Source: a virus
Virus record (IMG/VR): IMGVR_UViG_3300045988_012275
Reading direction: 5' to 3' (one strand)
DNA: 35,690 bases
Shown: positions 25,460 to 32,806 of the stretch, one piece after another
Layout: each line of letters opens with the position of its first letter
How positions within the stretch are numbered: position 1 is the first letter of the stretch
Program-made: the position numbers and the translations under genes
Notes under the pieces: generated by a model
What the model saw: the letters and a program-made list of their open reading frames with translations, nothing else
What the model was told of the DNA's origin: nothing
Database searches by the model: none

Positions 25460-25929
25460 CTTATGTTAAGGTTTCTCCTTTCTTCAAGAGTAGCTCCCTC
25501 AATATGCTTTCCAGATTTAAGTAACTCTTTGAGTGTTTTCTTGTCTGGCTTATAAGTCGCTATTTGATATTCCTTTGGAAGTTTCTCTTCGTTAACAACT
25601 ACCGCTTTAGATTTATGAAAACCAATCTTAAATAGAGTGGTATCAACTCTGGTTTGACCAGTTTCAGTCATACTAATCGCAAGCGCTGCTTTTAGTTTGT
25701 CAATTTTTGATTGATCAGACTTATTTAATCCGTCTAAACGTTTCTTTTCGTTTTTTCGAGCTTCAATGTCTGCCTCAAGCGACTTAATGACTTTTACATA
25801 TCCTTCTACCTTATTTTCATAATCGCTAGTCCATTCAATAGACTCTAGTGTGTCGAGTTTCGTTTCATCGTCAATTTCCATGTTATAAATCTCTAGAAAC
25901 TGACCTGTTAACTCATATAAAGTTGCCAT
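25456..25929 (-). CDS. Siphovirus Gp157-family protein
   Basis: The 157-aa ORF begins MATLYELTGQFLEIYNM and has a coiled-coil centre. Its length and its position at the head of the replication module match the family named after the S. thermophilus phage gp157. Confidence 0.7.
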   Translation of the reverse strand: MATLYELTGQFLEIYNMEIDDETKLDTLESIEWTSDYENKVEGYVKVIKSLEADIEARKNEKKRLDGLNKSDQSKIDKLKAALAISMTETGQTRVDTTLFKIGFHKSKAVVVNEEKLPKEYQIATYKPDKKTLKELLKSGKHIEGATLEERRNLNIR

Positions 25930-26163
25930 ATTTAATTCCTACCCTCCCTAATTGTTGTAATTTTCATGGTATACTCCTTTTTAAGCATAGGCCATTACCT
26001 GTGCTTTTTTTAGTACTTCAATCCGCACCCATCCCCCGATGTGCTTCAATTTTATTTATTTTTTTAATAAGGTAGTTTTTTGTGGTTTATTTAATTTTTG
26101 GGGTATTTAGTTGCACTCCGCACACCAGGGTGTGGCTACGGATTGAAGAACGGTTTAGCTATT

Positions 26164-26286
26164 TTATTTCATTGATAGTTGTTTATGAATTTCTTCATAT
26201 TTCTTTTCGTTTTCTTCGTATGGTGTCCATACTGGTTTTTGTTCTTTCTCATCTTTAGCTAAAATCCATTTAAATAAGTTCTTCAT
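26164..26286 (-). CDS. Hypothetical small protein (40 aa)
   Basis: The ATG is at 26286. My translation is MKNLFKWILAKDEKEQKPVWTPYEENEKKYEEIHKQLSMK. It is in series with the upstream gene. Confidence 0.4.
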   Translation of the reverse strand: MKNLFKWILAKDEKEQKPVWTPYEENEKKYEEIHKQLSMK

Positions 26287-26304
26287 TTTTTTATTTCCTT
26301 TCTA

Positions 26305-26514
26305 TTAGTAATTAAAGAAATATTCAACAATATCTTCTTTCGAAAGCTCTAATAACTCAATCGCCTTAACGATTTCTTCTTGATTCCACAATCTTTTTCC
26401 ATTGATTTTAAAAGATGTTGTGGTTTGAGCTTTTCCGATAGCTTTCGCAAAATTTTCTTGAGTTCCATATTTTTCTTTAATACGTCCTTTTAATTTATCG
26501 TATTTAAACTCCAT
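26305..26514 (-). CDS. Small HTH regulator (DUF739/Cro-C1-like)
   Basis: The 69-aa ORF carries YGTQENFAKAIGKAQTTTSFKINGKRLWNQEEI. It has its own strong promoter and an AAGGAG RBS. Confidence 0.65.
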   Translation of the reverse strand: MEFKYDKLKGRIKEKYGTQENFAKAIGKAQTTTSFKINGKRLWNQEEIVKAIELLELSKEDIVEYFFNY

Positions 26515-26545
26515 TTGTTTCTCCTTTTTTTAACTTTATGGTTTT

Positions 26546-26574
26546 ATTTTAAACTATATTTTTTAGTTTGTCAA
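26546..26574 (-). promoter_or_regulatory. Sigma-70-type promoter: TTGACA, 17 nt, TAAAAT
   Basis: On the minus strand the -35 TTGACA is at 26574-26569 and the -10 TAAAAT is at 26551-26546. The -10 ends 31 nt upstream of the ATG at 26514. Confidence 0.65.
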
Positions 26575-26641
26575 CAATTTTATTCATTTTTTTTAAATTT
26601 TTTTTTTTTTTATTGAAACTCAAACGTTATAATGCTTTCAG

Positions 26642-27175
26642 TCACTCATTTTTTTCAAGAGCTATAAGCTCTTTTTGTTTTGGTGTCTCACGAATTTCAA
26701 ATTTTGTAAAATCGTCGTAAGATAAATCTTCCAAAAACTTAACTGCCTTCTCAGCATCAACGTGCTTGATGTTAGTGTACTTGGTCACGTTAAATGCTTT
26801 CTTCAAACGTGAGTACATCAAGCGAATAAATTGCCCCTTCTTAGATGCGAACAGATTATCACTAGGATGTGATTCCTGCTCATTGAAGTACATATCTGCG
26901 AACACACCAGCCTTGCTGAAAACAATACTTTTGATTTTAGTAGCTTCACCGTCATCAATATGGACTTTCTTGTTGACTTCTTCGACAAGCAACTCAATGT
27001 CAGTTAGCTTTTGATTAGTCTTTCTAACATTTCTATCCATTTCTTCCTTGATGCCAATAACTTCTTCTAAAAGTTGCTGATTGACATTGCTTTGTGCCAC
27101 AAGATTCATAGCTTGTTTCTTCTGCATTTCTACTGTTTCAGCGAGTAGATTTTCTTTTTTCTTCTTCTTACTCAT
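26642..27175 (-). CDS. ORF6C-domain protein (anti-repressor C-terminal-like)
   Basis: The 177-aa ORF has an N-terminal coiled coil. Its C-terminal segment (IKSIVFSKAGVFADMYF...GQFIRLMYSRLKKAFNVTKYTNIKHVDAEKAVKFL) resembles the ORF6C domain. Confidence 0.5.
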   Translation of the reverse strand: MSKKKKKENLLAETVEMQKKQAMNLVAQSNVNQQLLEEVIGIKEEMDRNVRKTNQKLTDIELLVEEVNKKVHIDDGEATKIKSIVFSKAGVFADMYFNEQESHPSDNLFASKKGQFIRLMYSRLKKAFNVTKYTNIKHVDAEKAVKFLEDLSYDDFTKFEIRETPKQKELIALEKNE

Positions 27176-28112
27176 TTATTATTTCTCCTTCGATGATTGT
27201 TCTTCCGTCTTCTGGAATAATCTTATTCATTTCGTCTAGCCAATTTTCAGTAAGTGTCAAGATGTCTCTGAGCTTTTCAATCTGAGCATCTTTGCCAATC
27301 CCTTGGATAAGGGTTTTAAATCTTAGCGGTGCCATTTCTTCGTCAAAGAAGTCTTCAAACTTGGTAACAAGCTTGCTGAGATTAAAGATATTAGTCACGC
27401 TATTTTCTAGCTTTTCTTTGTCCGCTCGTAAGTGTTCGATAGACTCTTTCAAGGCTAGTGCTTCCGAGGTTTCTTTCTCGAGCATTTCATAAGACGCTTC
27501 TTTAAGTCGCAAGCTACGTTTGACTGAATCAAGCTCGTCTTCTAGGTCTTTATTCTTTCCTAGCAATTGCTTGTTGAGGTCTTGCGTTGCTTTGTAATCT
27601 TGCGGAATGACTTCCTTCTCGATTACCTTTTCAACTGGTTTGACTGCTTTAGCACGCTCAAGCTCGCCTTTAACTGCTTCTAGTGCTTGGTCTTTGAGTT
27701 TTAGGCGACGCTCAAGTTCTTTATATTCTTTGTGAGTTTTGATGTCTCCATTTAATACTGCTTGATTGACCTCTGGGTTTGCGGATGGTTTAGCTACTTG
27801 AGCTTGTAACTTTTTTGGGAGCTCTTCAAATTTTTCAATATTTAATTGTTCGCTCTGCGAACGAATGAAATTGTAATGATTGATATATTCATAAGCTTTA
27901 GTTTTCTTAAACCCTAAACTTCTGTACCACTCTTCAAAACATCCGTACCTATTTTGTGAAAGCTCTTCTTGAGCTTTAGCAAGTTGCTTTCCTATTTCAT
28001 AAGCGCTCTTGTTTTGGATGCCGTAGATGATATTGGCACGCTCTTCCAGAAATTCTTTCGTCTTTACATCGACTAAAGAGTAGTCAAAATCATTTGTTGC
28101 TATTTCGTTCAT
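27168..28112 (-). CDS. DUF3102-like protein with a long C-terminal coiled coil
   Basis: The track ORF starts at 28166, but the ATG at 28112 (MNEIATNDF) has GAAAGGA upstream. The N-terminal motif YEIGKQLAKAQEELSQNRYGCFEEWYRSLGFKKTKAYEYINHY resembles DUF3102. Confidence 0.55.
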   Translation of the reverse strand: MNEIATNDFDYSLVDVKTKEFLEERANIIYGIQNKSAYEIGKQLAKAQEELSQNRYGCFEEWYRSLGFKKTKAYEYINHYNFIRSQSEQLNIEKFEELPKKLQAQVAKPSANPEVNQAVLNGDIKTHKEYKELERRLKLKDQALEAVKGELERAKAVKPVEKVIEKEVIPQDYKATQDLNKQLLGKNKDLEDELDSVKRSLRLKEASYEMLEKETSEALALKESIEHLRADKEKLENSVTNIFNLSKLVTKFEDFFDEEMAPLRFKTLIQGIGKDAQIEKLRDILTLTENWLDEMNKIIPEDGRTIIEGEIINE

Positions 28113-28162
28113 CTTGTTCCTTTCTAACTTGAATTTAATCCAAGTTTTGTTGTAATAAAAAA

Positions 28163-28366
28163 TCAAAAGCCATACAAATCAGACGATTGAAGGTGGTATT
28201 TATTACAAATATTTGCCATATTCTTAGGAGAAATAGAAAGTACATTCTTCTCCCATGCGCTCACCGTTTGAGGTGTAGTACCAACGCTTTTAGCAAACTC
28301 CTCTTGTGTCAAATTGTGACGTGCTCGGAGTTCTTTAATTGTAATCTTTGGAACTATTTCTGTCAT
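28163..28366 (-). CDS. Cro-like XRE-family HTH repressor
   Basis: The 67-aa ORF carries IKELRARHNLTQEEFAKSVGTTPQTVSAWEKN. It is the first gene behind a consensus promoter. Confidence 0.8.
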   Translation of the reverse strand: MTEIVPKITIKELRARHNLTQEEFAKSVGTTPQTVSAWEKNVLSISPKNMANICNKYHLQSSDLYGF

Positions 28367-28399
28367 CTTGTTCCTCCTTCCTAACTAACTTACAAACAT

Positions 28400-28428
28400 A
28401 TTATAACTTTAATTAAATTCAATGTCAA
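28400..28428 (-). promoter_or_regulatory. Consensus early promoter: TTGACA, 17 nt, TATAAT
   Basis: On the minus strand TTGACA is at 28428-28423 and TATAAT at 28405-28400. The RBS GGAAGGAGG and the ATG at 28366 follow. Upstream lie CTTGA-T7-TCAAG and CAAGT...ACTTG inverted repeats (about 28436-28480), which may be operators. Confidence 0.8.
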
Positions 28429-28508
28429 CAGTTTTCTTGATTTTTTTTCAAGTTTTTTTGATTTTATTATTAAGCAACTTGAAAATTAGTAAAACATACT
28501 ATATATAT

Positions 28509-28537
28509 AAAAAAAGAGAGCGATTGCCCTCTTTTTC
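28509..28537. terminator. Bidirectional intrinsic terminator-like hairpin
   Basis: The sequence is aaaaaaAGAGAGcgattgCCCTCTttttt. The stem has one mismatch and is flanked by an A-run and a T-run. Confidence 0.5.
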
Positions 28538-28676
28538 CTAAAATAAAAGTCCTCCTATTAATATCCACACTAATATAAATAGGATCCAAATAATAAAATT
28601 GTTCTTTATATGTATCCATTGTTTTCACCTCGTTTTTCTTACCTCATCTATTTGTTTTTTTATTCTATTATAACAC

Positions 28677-28704
28677 AAAAAAAGCCCCAGCATAATGCTG
28701 AGGC
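28677..28704 (-). terminator. Intrinsic terminator downstream of the lysin gene
   Basis: The minus strand reads GCCTCAGCA-TTA-TGCTGGGGC followed by TTTTTTT. It lies about 85 nt after the lysin stop. Confidence 0.75.
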
Positions 28705-28787
28705 TTCGACCACTACTGCCATGGTATCCCTACTGCAGTGTGAGGGGAGGTGATATACTCCTTTTTTTATTTTTTAGTTTGCGTGGT

Positions 28788-29633
28788 CTATTGGTAATAG
28801 TTTACCAAATCGTCCTTGTTCCAACAAGAGAGCCATACTGGACCAAACTGACCGAACTCGAATAAACGCCAGTAGTAGCCACCATAGTAGCCACCTGTAC
28901 CTGTGTCTGTGATATTAACTTCATCACCAGAGAATGAAAAGTACATTCCAGCTTTAAAATCTTGGTCAGCTCCGTCTGGAAGGTCGTTTCCATCTTTATC
29001 TACCCAGTTAACCATTGAAACTGGGACCCCGTTCTGAAGCCAATCAAAGCCCACTGGGGCTAGATAATCACATTTGATCTGCCAAATTCCATTAACGTAT
29101 TTGACTTCATTGGCTTCATAGTATGCTTTCTCTTGTGGTGCTACTGCTGTATTGGCTTGGTTATTCGTTTGTGGTGCTGAATCAGCGTATCGCCAAACCT
29201 CGATATATGCAGGCTTGTTCGCTGCATAGTAGTCGTTCCAAGGATATGTATTGATAGCTTGACCTACTGCTCCTTGTGTTGAATAGTCACAACTGATAAA
29301 GTATGTAGCATCCATCATGACACCAACGTGCCCTCCAGCTCCGCCAGATGTGGACATATCAGCACCCCAAGACATCAAGATGATGTCTCCTGTCAAAGCG
29401 TCCCAATCTTGATTAATACTTACTCGATAAAATCCATTTTTGGCAAGTTGTTGACCAAGGGTTACTGTTGATGGTAGTCCTTGAATACCAATACCAGCTT
29501 CTTTTAAGGCTTGTGAAATCGAACCAGAACAGTCAGCAGTACCGTCTGCTCCGTTGCGTGACCCATACATTGAATAGGTCAATTTACCTCGATTGTTAAC
29601 GAACCAATTTACAATAGATTGTTGAACACTCAT
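28788..29633 (-). CDS. Endolysin (N-terminal Amidase_5-type peptidoglycan hydrolase with a C-terminal cell-wall-binding domain)
   Basis: The 281-aa ORF carries YSMYGSRNGADGTADCSGSISQALKEAG and GGAGGHVGVMM motifs, which are typical of streptococcal phage lysins. It directly follows the holins. The ORF is uninterrupted. Confidence 0.85.
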   Translation of the reverse strand: MSVQQSIVNWFVNNRGKLTYSMYGSRNGADGTADCSGSISQALKEAGIGIQGLPSTVTLGQQLAKNGFYRVSINQDWDALTGDIILMSWGADMSTSGGAGGHVGVMMDATYFISCDYSTQGAVGQAINTYPWNDYYAANKPAYIEVWRYADSAPQTNNQANTAVAPQEKAYYEANEVKYVNGIWQIKCDYLAPVGFDWLQNGVPVSMVNWVDKDGNDLPDGADQDFKAGMYFSFSGDEVNITDTGTGGYYGGYYWRLFEFGQFGPVWLSCWNKDDLVNYYQ

Positions 29634-29634
29634 A

Positions 29635-29970
29635 CTATTTTCCTTCCTTATCGTCTAGTGGTTTGATGTAAGTCAATGCTCGTTCGCTGTCACCGATTCC
29701 TTTAGTTGTTGGGTCGGTAACGATTCCGATAATAACCAAAATTGTAATGAATGTATTTATACCGTCTTGGATATTGTGTGGAATGTTAAGCCCGAATTGT
29801 TGCAGCATAAGGAATGCTGCTGAGATAAGAGCTACTAGTGTAGTTTTATTTTGCAAACGTAATTTAAAATTAATCATTTTATTATTCATCCTCTCAAGTT
29901 TCGATCTACTAATGATTGTGCCATAGTTTTCAAAACTTTGACTCCCAATTTTTTCAAAATAATTTTTCAT
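29635..29970 (-). CDS. Holin (phi-LC3-like family)
   Basis: The 111-aa ORF has two hydrophobic helices (TTLVALISAAFLMLQQF and INTFITILVIIGIV) and a charged C-terminus. Its start is coupled to the upstream stop (ATGA). Internal starts at MNNKM or MINFK are possible. Confidence 0.75.
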   Translation of the reverse strand: MKNYFEKIGSQSFENYGTIISRSKLERMNNKMINFKLRLQNKTTLVALISAAFLMLQQFGLNIPHNIQDGINTFITILVIIGIVTDPTTKGIGDSERALTYIKPLDDKEGK

Positions 29971-30191
29971 TTATCAACCTCGCTTTCCAAGCGTGCGATG
30001 CGTTTATCAACATACTTGTTGTGTTCTTCCAACTTAAAAGTTCGTTCGATGACGCTGTTGTGTTTGTCAACCTGTTTTTTAAGTTCATTGATTTGATAAT
30101 TGGTTAGTTTATTGCTTGTGACAATCCCGCCAAACGTGCCGACCAAACTTGCAATTAACGAGAATACTCCTGTTAAAAATTCAACATGCAT
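29967..30191 (-). CDS. Holin-like / lysis-associated single-TM protein (74 aa)
   Basis: The preferred start is the ATG at 30191 (MHVEFLTGVFSLIASLVGTFGGIVT), with GGAGGAG upstream. There is one TM helix followed by a coiled coil. The track ORF (95 aa) starts further upstream without an RBS. Confidence 0.6.
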   Translation of the reverse strand: MHVEFLTGVFSLIASLVGTFGGIVTSNKLTNYQINELKKQVDKHNSVIERTFKLEEHNKYVDKRIARLESEVDK

Positions 30192-30216
30192 AATCTCCTC
30201 CGCTTTCCTAAGCTGA

Positions 30217-30360
30217 TTATTCAGCGGGTTCTTTATCTTTTTGCAAGCCTGCATGAGACAAGCCTACAAGCTCTTGCACTTGTTTACGGAAACGTTTTGG
30301 CACGGTCTCAATAGTAATCCAGCCTAATTCAATTTGCATTGCGAAATAATTAATCATCAT
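30217..30360 (-). CDS. XkdX-like small protein (47 aa)
   Basis: The preferred start is the ATG at 30360, with GGAGGAAG upstream. My translation is MMINYFAMQIELGWITIETVPKRFRKQVQELVG... It occupies the typical slot between the tail-fibre and holin genes. Confidence 0.5.
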   Translation of the reverse strand: MMINYFAMQIELGWITIETVPKRFRKQVQELVGLSHAGLQKDKEPAE

Positions 30361-30385
30361 TGTTCTTCCTCCTAAAATTGTGTCT

Positions 30386-30772
30386 TTAATTTTGTGTGTT
30401 AGTTTCATTTGCTGTTTTTCCCTCATCAGGATACATTTGATTGATTAAGCTATTCAAAGTAGCAGTCGCTAACTGAGTCATCTTTTCAGATTTATCAATG
30501 GACGCTTGCATTTTCTCAATCATTTCATCATATTTTGCGATTTTTTTATCAATATCGTTAAATTTCTCGTTTTCAGCACGTTGAGGGAAGTTTTCTTGGT
30601 AAATCACCTCTAGCGCTTCTTTTAATAGCTCGGTGTTTGATAAGTCGATTTTATCGACTGGCAAAAATACGGGAACGTAAGCTCCTTCGCTATTTTTCAA
30701 AACTACTTTTGTGGCGTACGCTGCACCGCTTGCATCGTATTCCTTTGATTTTGATTCGTATTCAAATCTCAT
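30386..30772 (-). CDS. Hypothetical tail-module protein (DUF1366-like, streptococcal phage family)
   Basis: The 128-aa ORF lies downstream of the baseplate gene. The family assignment is from memory. Confidence 0.5.
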   Translation of the reverse strand: MRFEYESKSKEYDASGAAYATKVVLKNSEGAYVPVFLPVDKIDLSNTELLKEALEVIYQENFPQRAENEKFNDIDKKIAKYDEMIEKMQASIDKSEKMTQLATATLNSLINQMYPDEGKTANETNTQN

Positions 30773-30787
30773 GTTTTATATCTCCTT

Positions 30788-32806
30788 TTATAACATTATT
30801 GTGATTTGTCCTCGACACAAAATTCCACCCTTGGTTTTCAAGGCTGTAAATGTGTTGTTATCTTTATTAAACTGAATGTGTGTATTCCATGAACCGTCAG
30901 GTGTCCAATCTGCTGCAACAAACATACAATGCTGAGGGAAAGACAACTCTTTCGGAACAGTTGCAATTGTAATGTCTTTACCATTACCAGTAAACTCGTA
31001 TCTAAGCGTCAACACATCACCGACACGTTTGTAAAAGCTGCCTTCATATCCTGCATACTGCCATCCAGTATTGATTAGATTAGTGTTATCGTTTCTTGCA
31101 AATTCCTTCCACGGTTCCCAATCGTCAATTATTTTCGACCACCTGTGATGTCTGAAAAATAGCTGACCATTATTTCCCCAAAAAGTTTGAATGGCTTCTT
31201 TAAAGTCATCAGTATTCTTTCCGTAATTACTGTAATGGAATAGGTAACCCCACTGACTGTTAGGGTTACCAGTTGCAGAAGCATCAAGGTAATACTGCCC
31301 GGGTTCGTCTAGCAAATTAGCATTTTCAACGCTAGGCTTTCCATCCATCCACTTAGGTCTGCCATTGTTTTCAGTCAGCTGATATTGTTGAATCGGACTG
31401 TTATTAGCGTAGATGTCACCAGCCACGTCAAGAGCGCCAAACTCGCGTATTTTACCAATACTAAGACCATCACGGTCATAGGACAGCACAACACTTTCAA
31501 CAGGAACTTGTGCCTTAAAGCTTGTTGATGTGAATTTGTCTTCTAAAATCGCCAAAACTTGCCACGATTTATTAGCTGCATATTCACCAGCCAAATTAGC
31601 AGGTGAATTGACTAGACTTGAAATACTTAGCCATTCACCAGAGGCGGGACCAGTGTCTGTTGTGTAAGCATCTTTTCCATAAGGCGACACCTTGAAAGTT
31701 AATTTCATGGTATTTTTTTGAATACCATTAACAATCAAAGGTGCTATCCGTGCATTTCTTATAATTTCTAGTGTACTAGATGTTGATCCAGTTCTAACGA
31801 CACTAAAACTAAGCGATGGGGCGAAATACTCAAGCACTGTGACAGAGACATCTCTAGGATCAGACCAACGACCACGGCTATCAGATACACTTGCCCTGAC
31901 TGTGATGGTTCCGTTGTAGTTCATGATACCCAACGTGCCACCATTGAAATCGGTAGTCTGGTTCTTACCGACTATCTCAGCATGGTAACCCGTGATAGTT
32001 GAGCCATAAGACCCACTTGCACCATTGAAGGACACCTTGATGTTAGACATAATCTGGATGAATGTGTTAGCGTTTTGTACCACGTTCCGAGCGGCTGTGT
32101 TAGAATCTGACAAAGAAACCCCTGTGAAGGTTGGTTTCATGCTAACTGGCACACTTGCTGTCAGTCTAGCTGACTGTGTCCCTATCATGGTACCTTCTGA
32201 GTAGGTATCTACGTAGATTGTTCCTGTACCTGTTTCCGAGTTTGGGATGTCATTAGCAAAGTCAAGTGGGATAGTCCATGTTGTAGATGTGTCTACATTA
32301 CTTGCAATAGTCCCTGACTTATTTGCCCAAGCATAACGTACTGTGTGCTTAAAACTAGAGCTTTGACGGTTGATGTTGATAGTTACTGGGCTACCAATAG
32401 TACCAGCATCAACGCTTACAGAGCTTAACCGTGGAATGTCGGTTAGTGTAAATGAGTTACCACTGATTGTTAATGTACGAGGGCTCCAGCCACCAGAACC
32501 ATTAAACTGCGCTGAAAAAGAGAAAGTCTTTTTACCGTCTGAATCGTGATTAATGGTAACTGTTTGATCTATCAATGGAATTGTTTGATACCACCCTAGC
32601 ATACTAGGTGAACCTGACCAATTCAATCTTTGACCTTCAAACTCGATATAAGCGTTACATTGATATTGAGCAAAAGTCGTAGTCGTATTTAGCAGTGCTA
32701 GTTGAAATCTGACCTGACTGGTATTAGCTACTTTGTCTTGACTAACCTGGTCAATCCATAACCTAATCCTATAGCCTCTATCATTATTACTCCAAAATTC
32801 AGCCAA
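30788..32806 (-). CDS. Baseplate / receptor-binding accessory protein (DUF859-like N-terminus)
   Basis: The 672-aa ORF has a TTG start at 32806 with GGAGG 7 nt upstream. It begins immediately after the Tal stop. The N-terminus (WSNNDRGYRIRLWIDQVSQDKVANTSQVRFQLAL) resembles the siphovirus DUF859 family. Confidence 0.65.
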   Translation of the reverse strand: MAEFWSNNDRGYRIRLWIDQVSQDKVANTSQVRFQLALLNTTTTFAQYQCNAYIEFEGQRLNWSGSPSMLGWYQTIPLIDQTVTINHDSDGKKTFSFSAQFNGSGGWSPRTLTISGNSFTLTDIPRLSSVSVDAGTIGSPVTININRQSSSFKHTVRYAWANKSGTIASNVDTSTTWTIPLDFANDIPNSETGTGTIYVDTYSEGTMIGTQSARLTASVPVSMKPTFTGVSLSDSNTAARNVVQNANTFIQIMSNIKVSFNGASGSYGSTITGYHAEIVGKNQTTDFNGGTLGIMNYNGTITVRASVSDSRGRWSDPRDVSVTVLEYFAPSLSFSVVRTGSTSSTLEIIRNARIAPLIVNGIQKNTMKLTFKVSPYGKDAYTTDTGPASGEWLSISSLVNSPANLAGEYAANKSWQVLAILEDKFTSTSFKAQVPVESVVLSYDRDGLSIGKIREFGALDVAGDIYANNSPIQQYQLTENNGRPKWMDGKPSVENANLLDEPGQYYLDASATGNPNSQWGYLFHYSNYGKNTDDFKEAIQTFWGNNGQLFFRHHRWSKIIDDWEPWKEFARNDNTNLINTGWQYAGYEGSFYKRVGDVLTLRYEFTGNGKDITIATVPKELSFPQHCMFVAADWTPDGSWNTHIQFNKDNNTFTALKTKGGILCRGQITIML

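Noticed and set aside
28470-28619. A 49-codon minus-strand ORF (MDTYKEQFYYLDPIYISVDINRRTF...) with a GAGGTG RBS in the lysin-cro gap
   Set aside because: The frame runs straight through the bidirectional terminator hairpin and the operator-like repeats, and its composition is not protein-like. It may be a remnant of a lysogeny-module gene, so I have not annotated it as a gene.
28788-29633. A group I intron in the lysin gene, which is known in some S. thermophilus phages
   Set aside because: The lysin ORF is continuous (281 aa), with both the catalytic and the wall-binding parts in one frame. There is no insertion.
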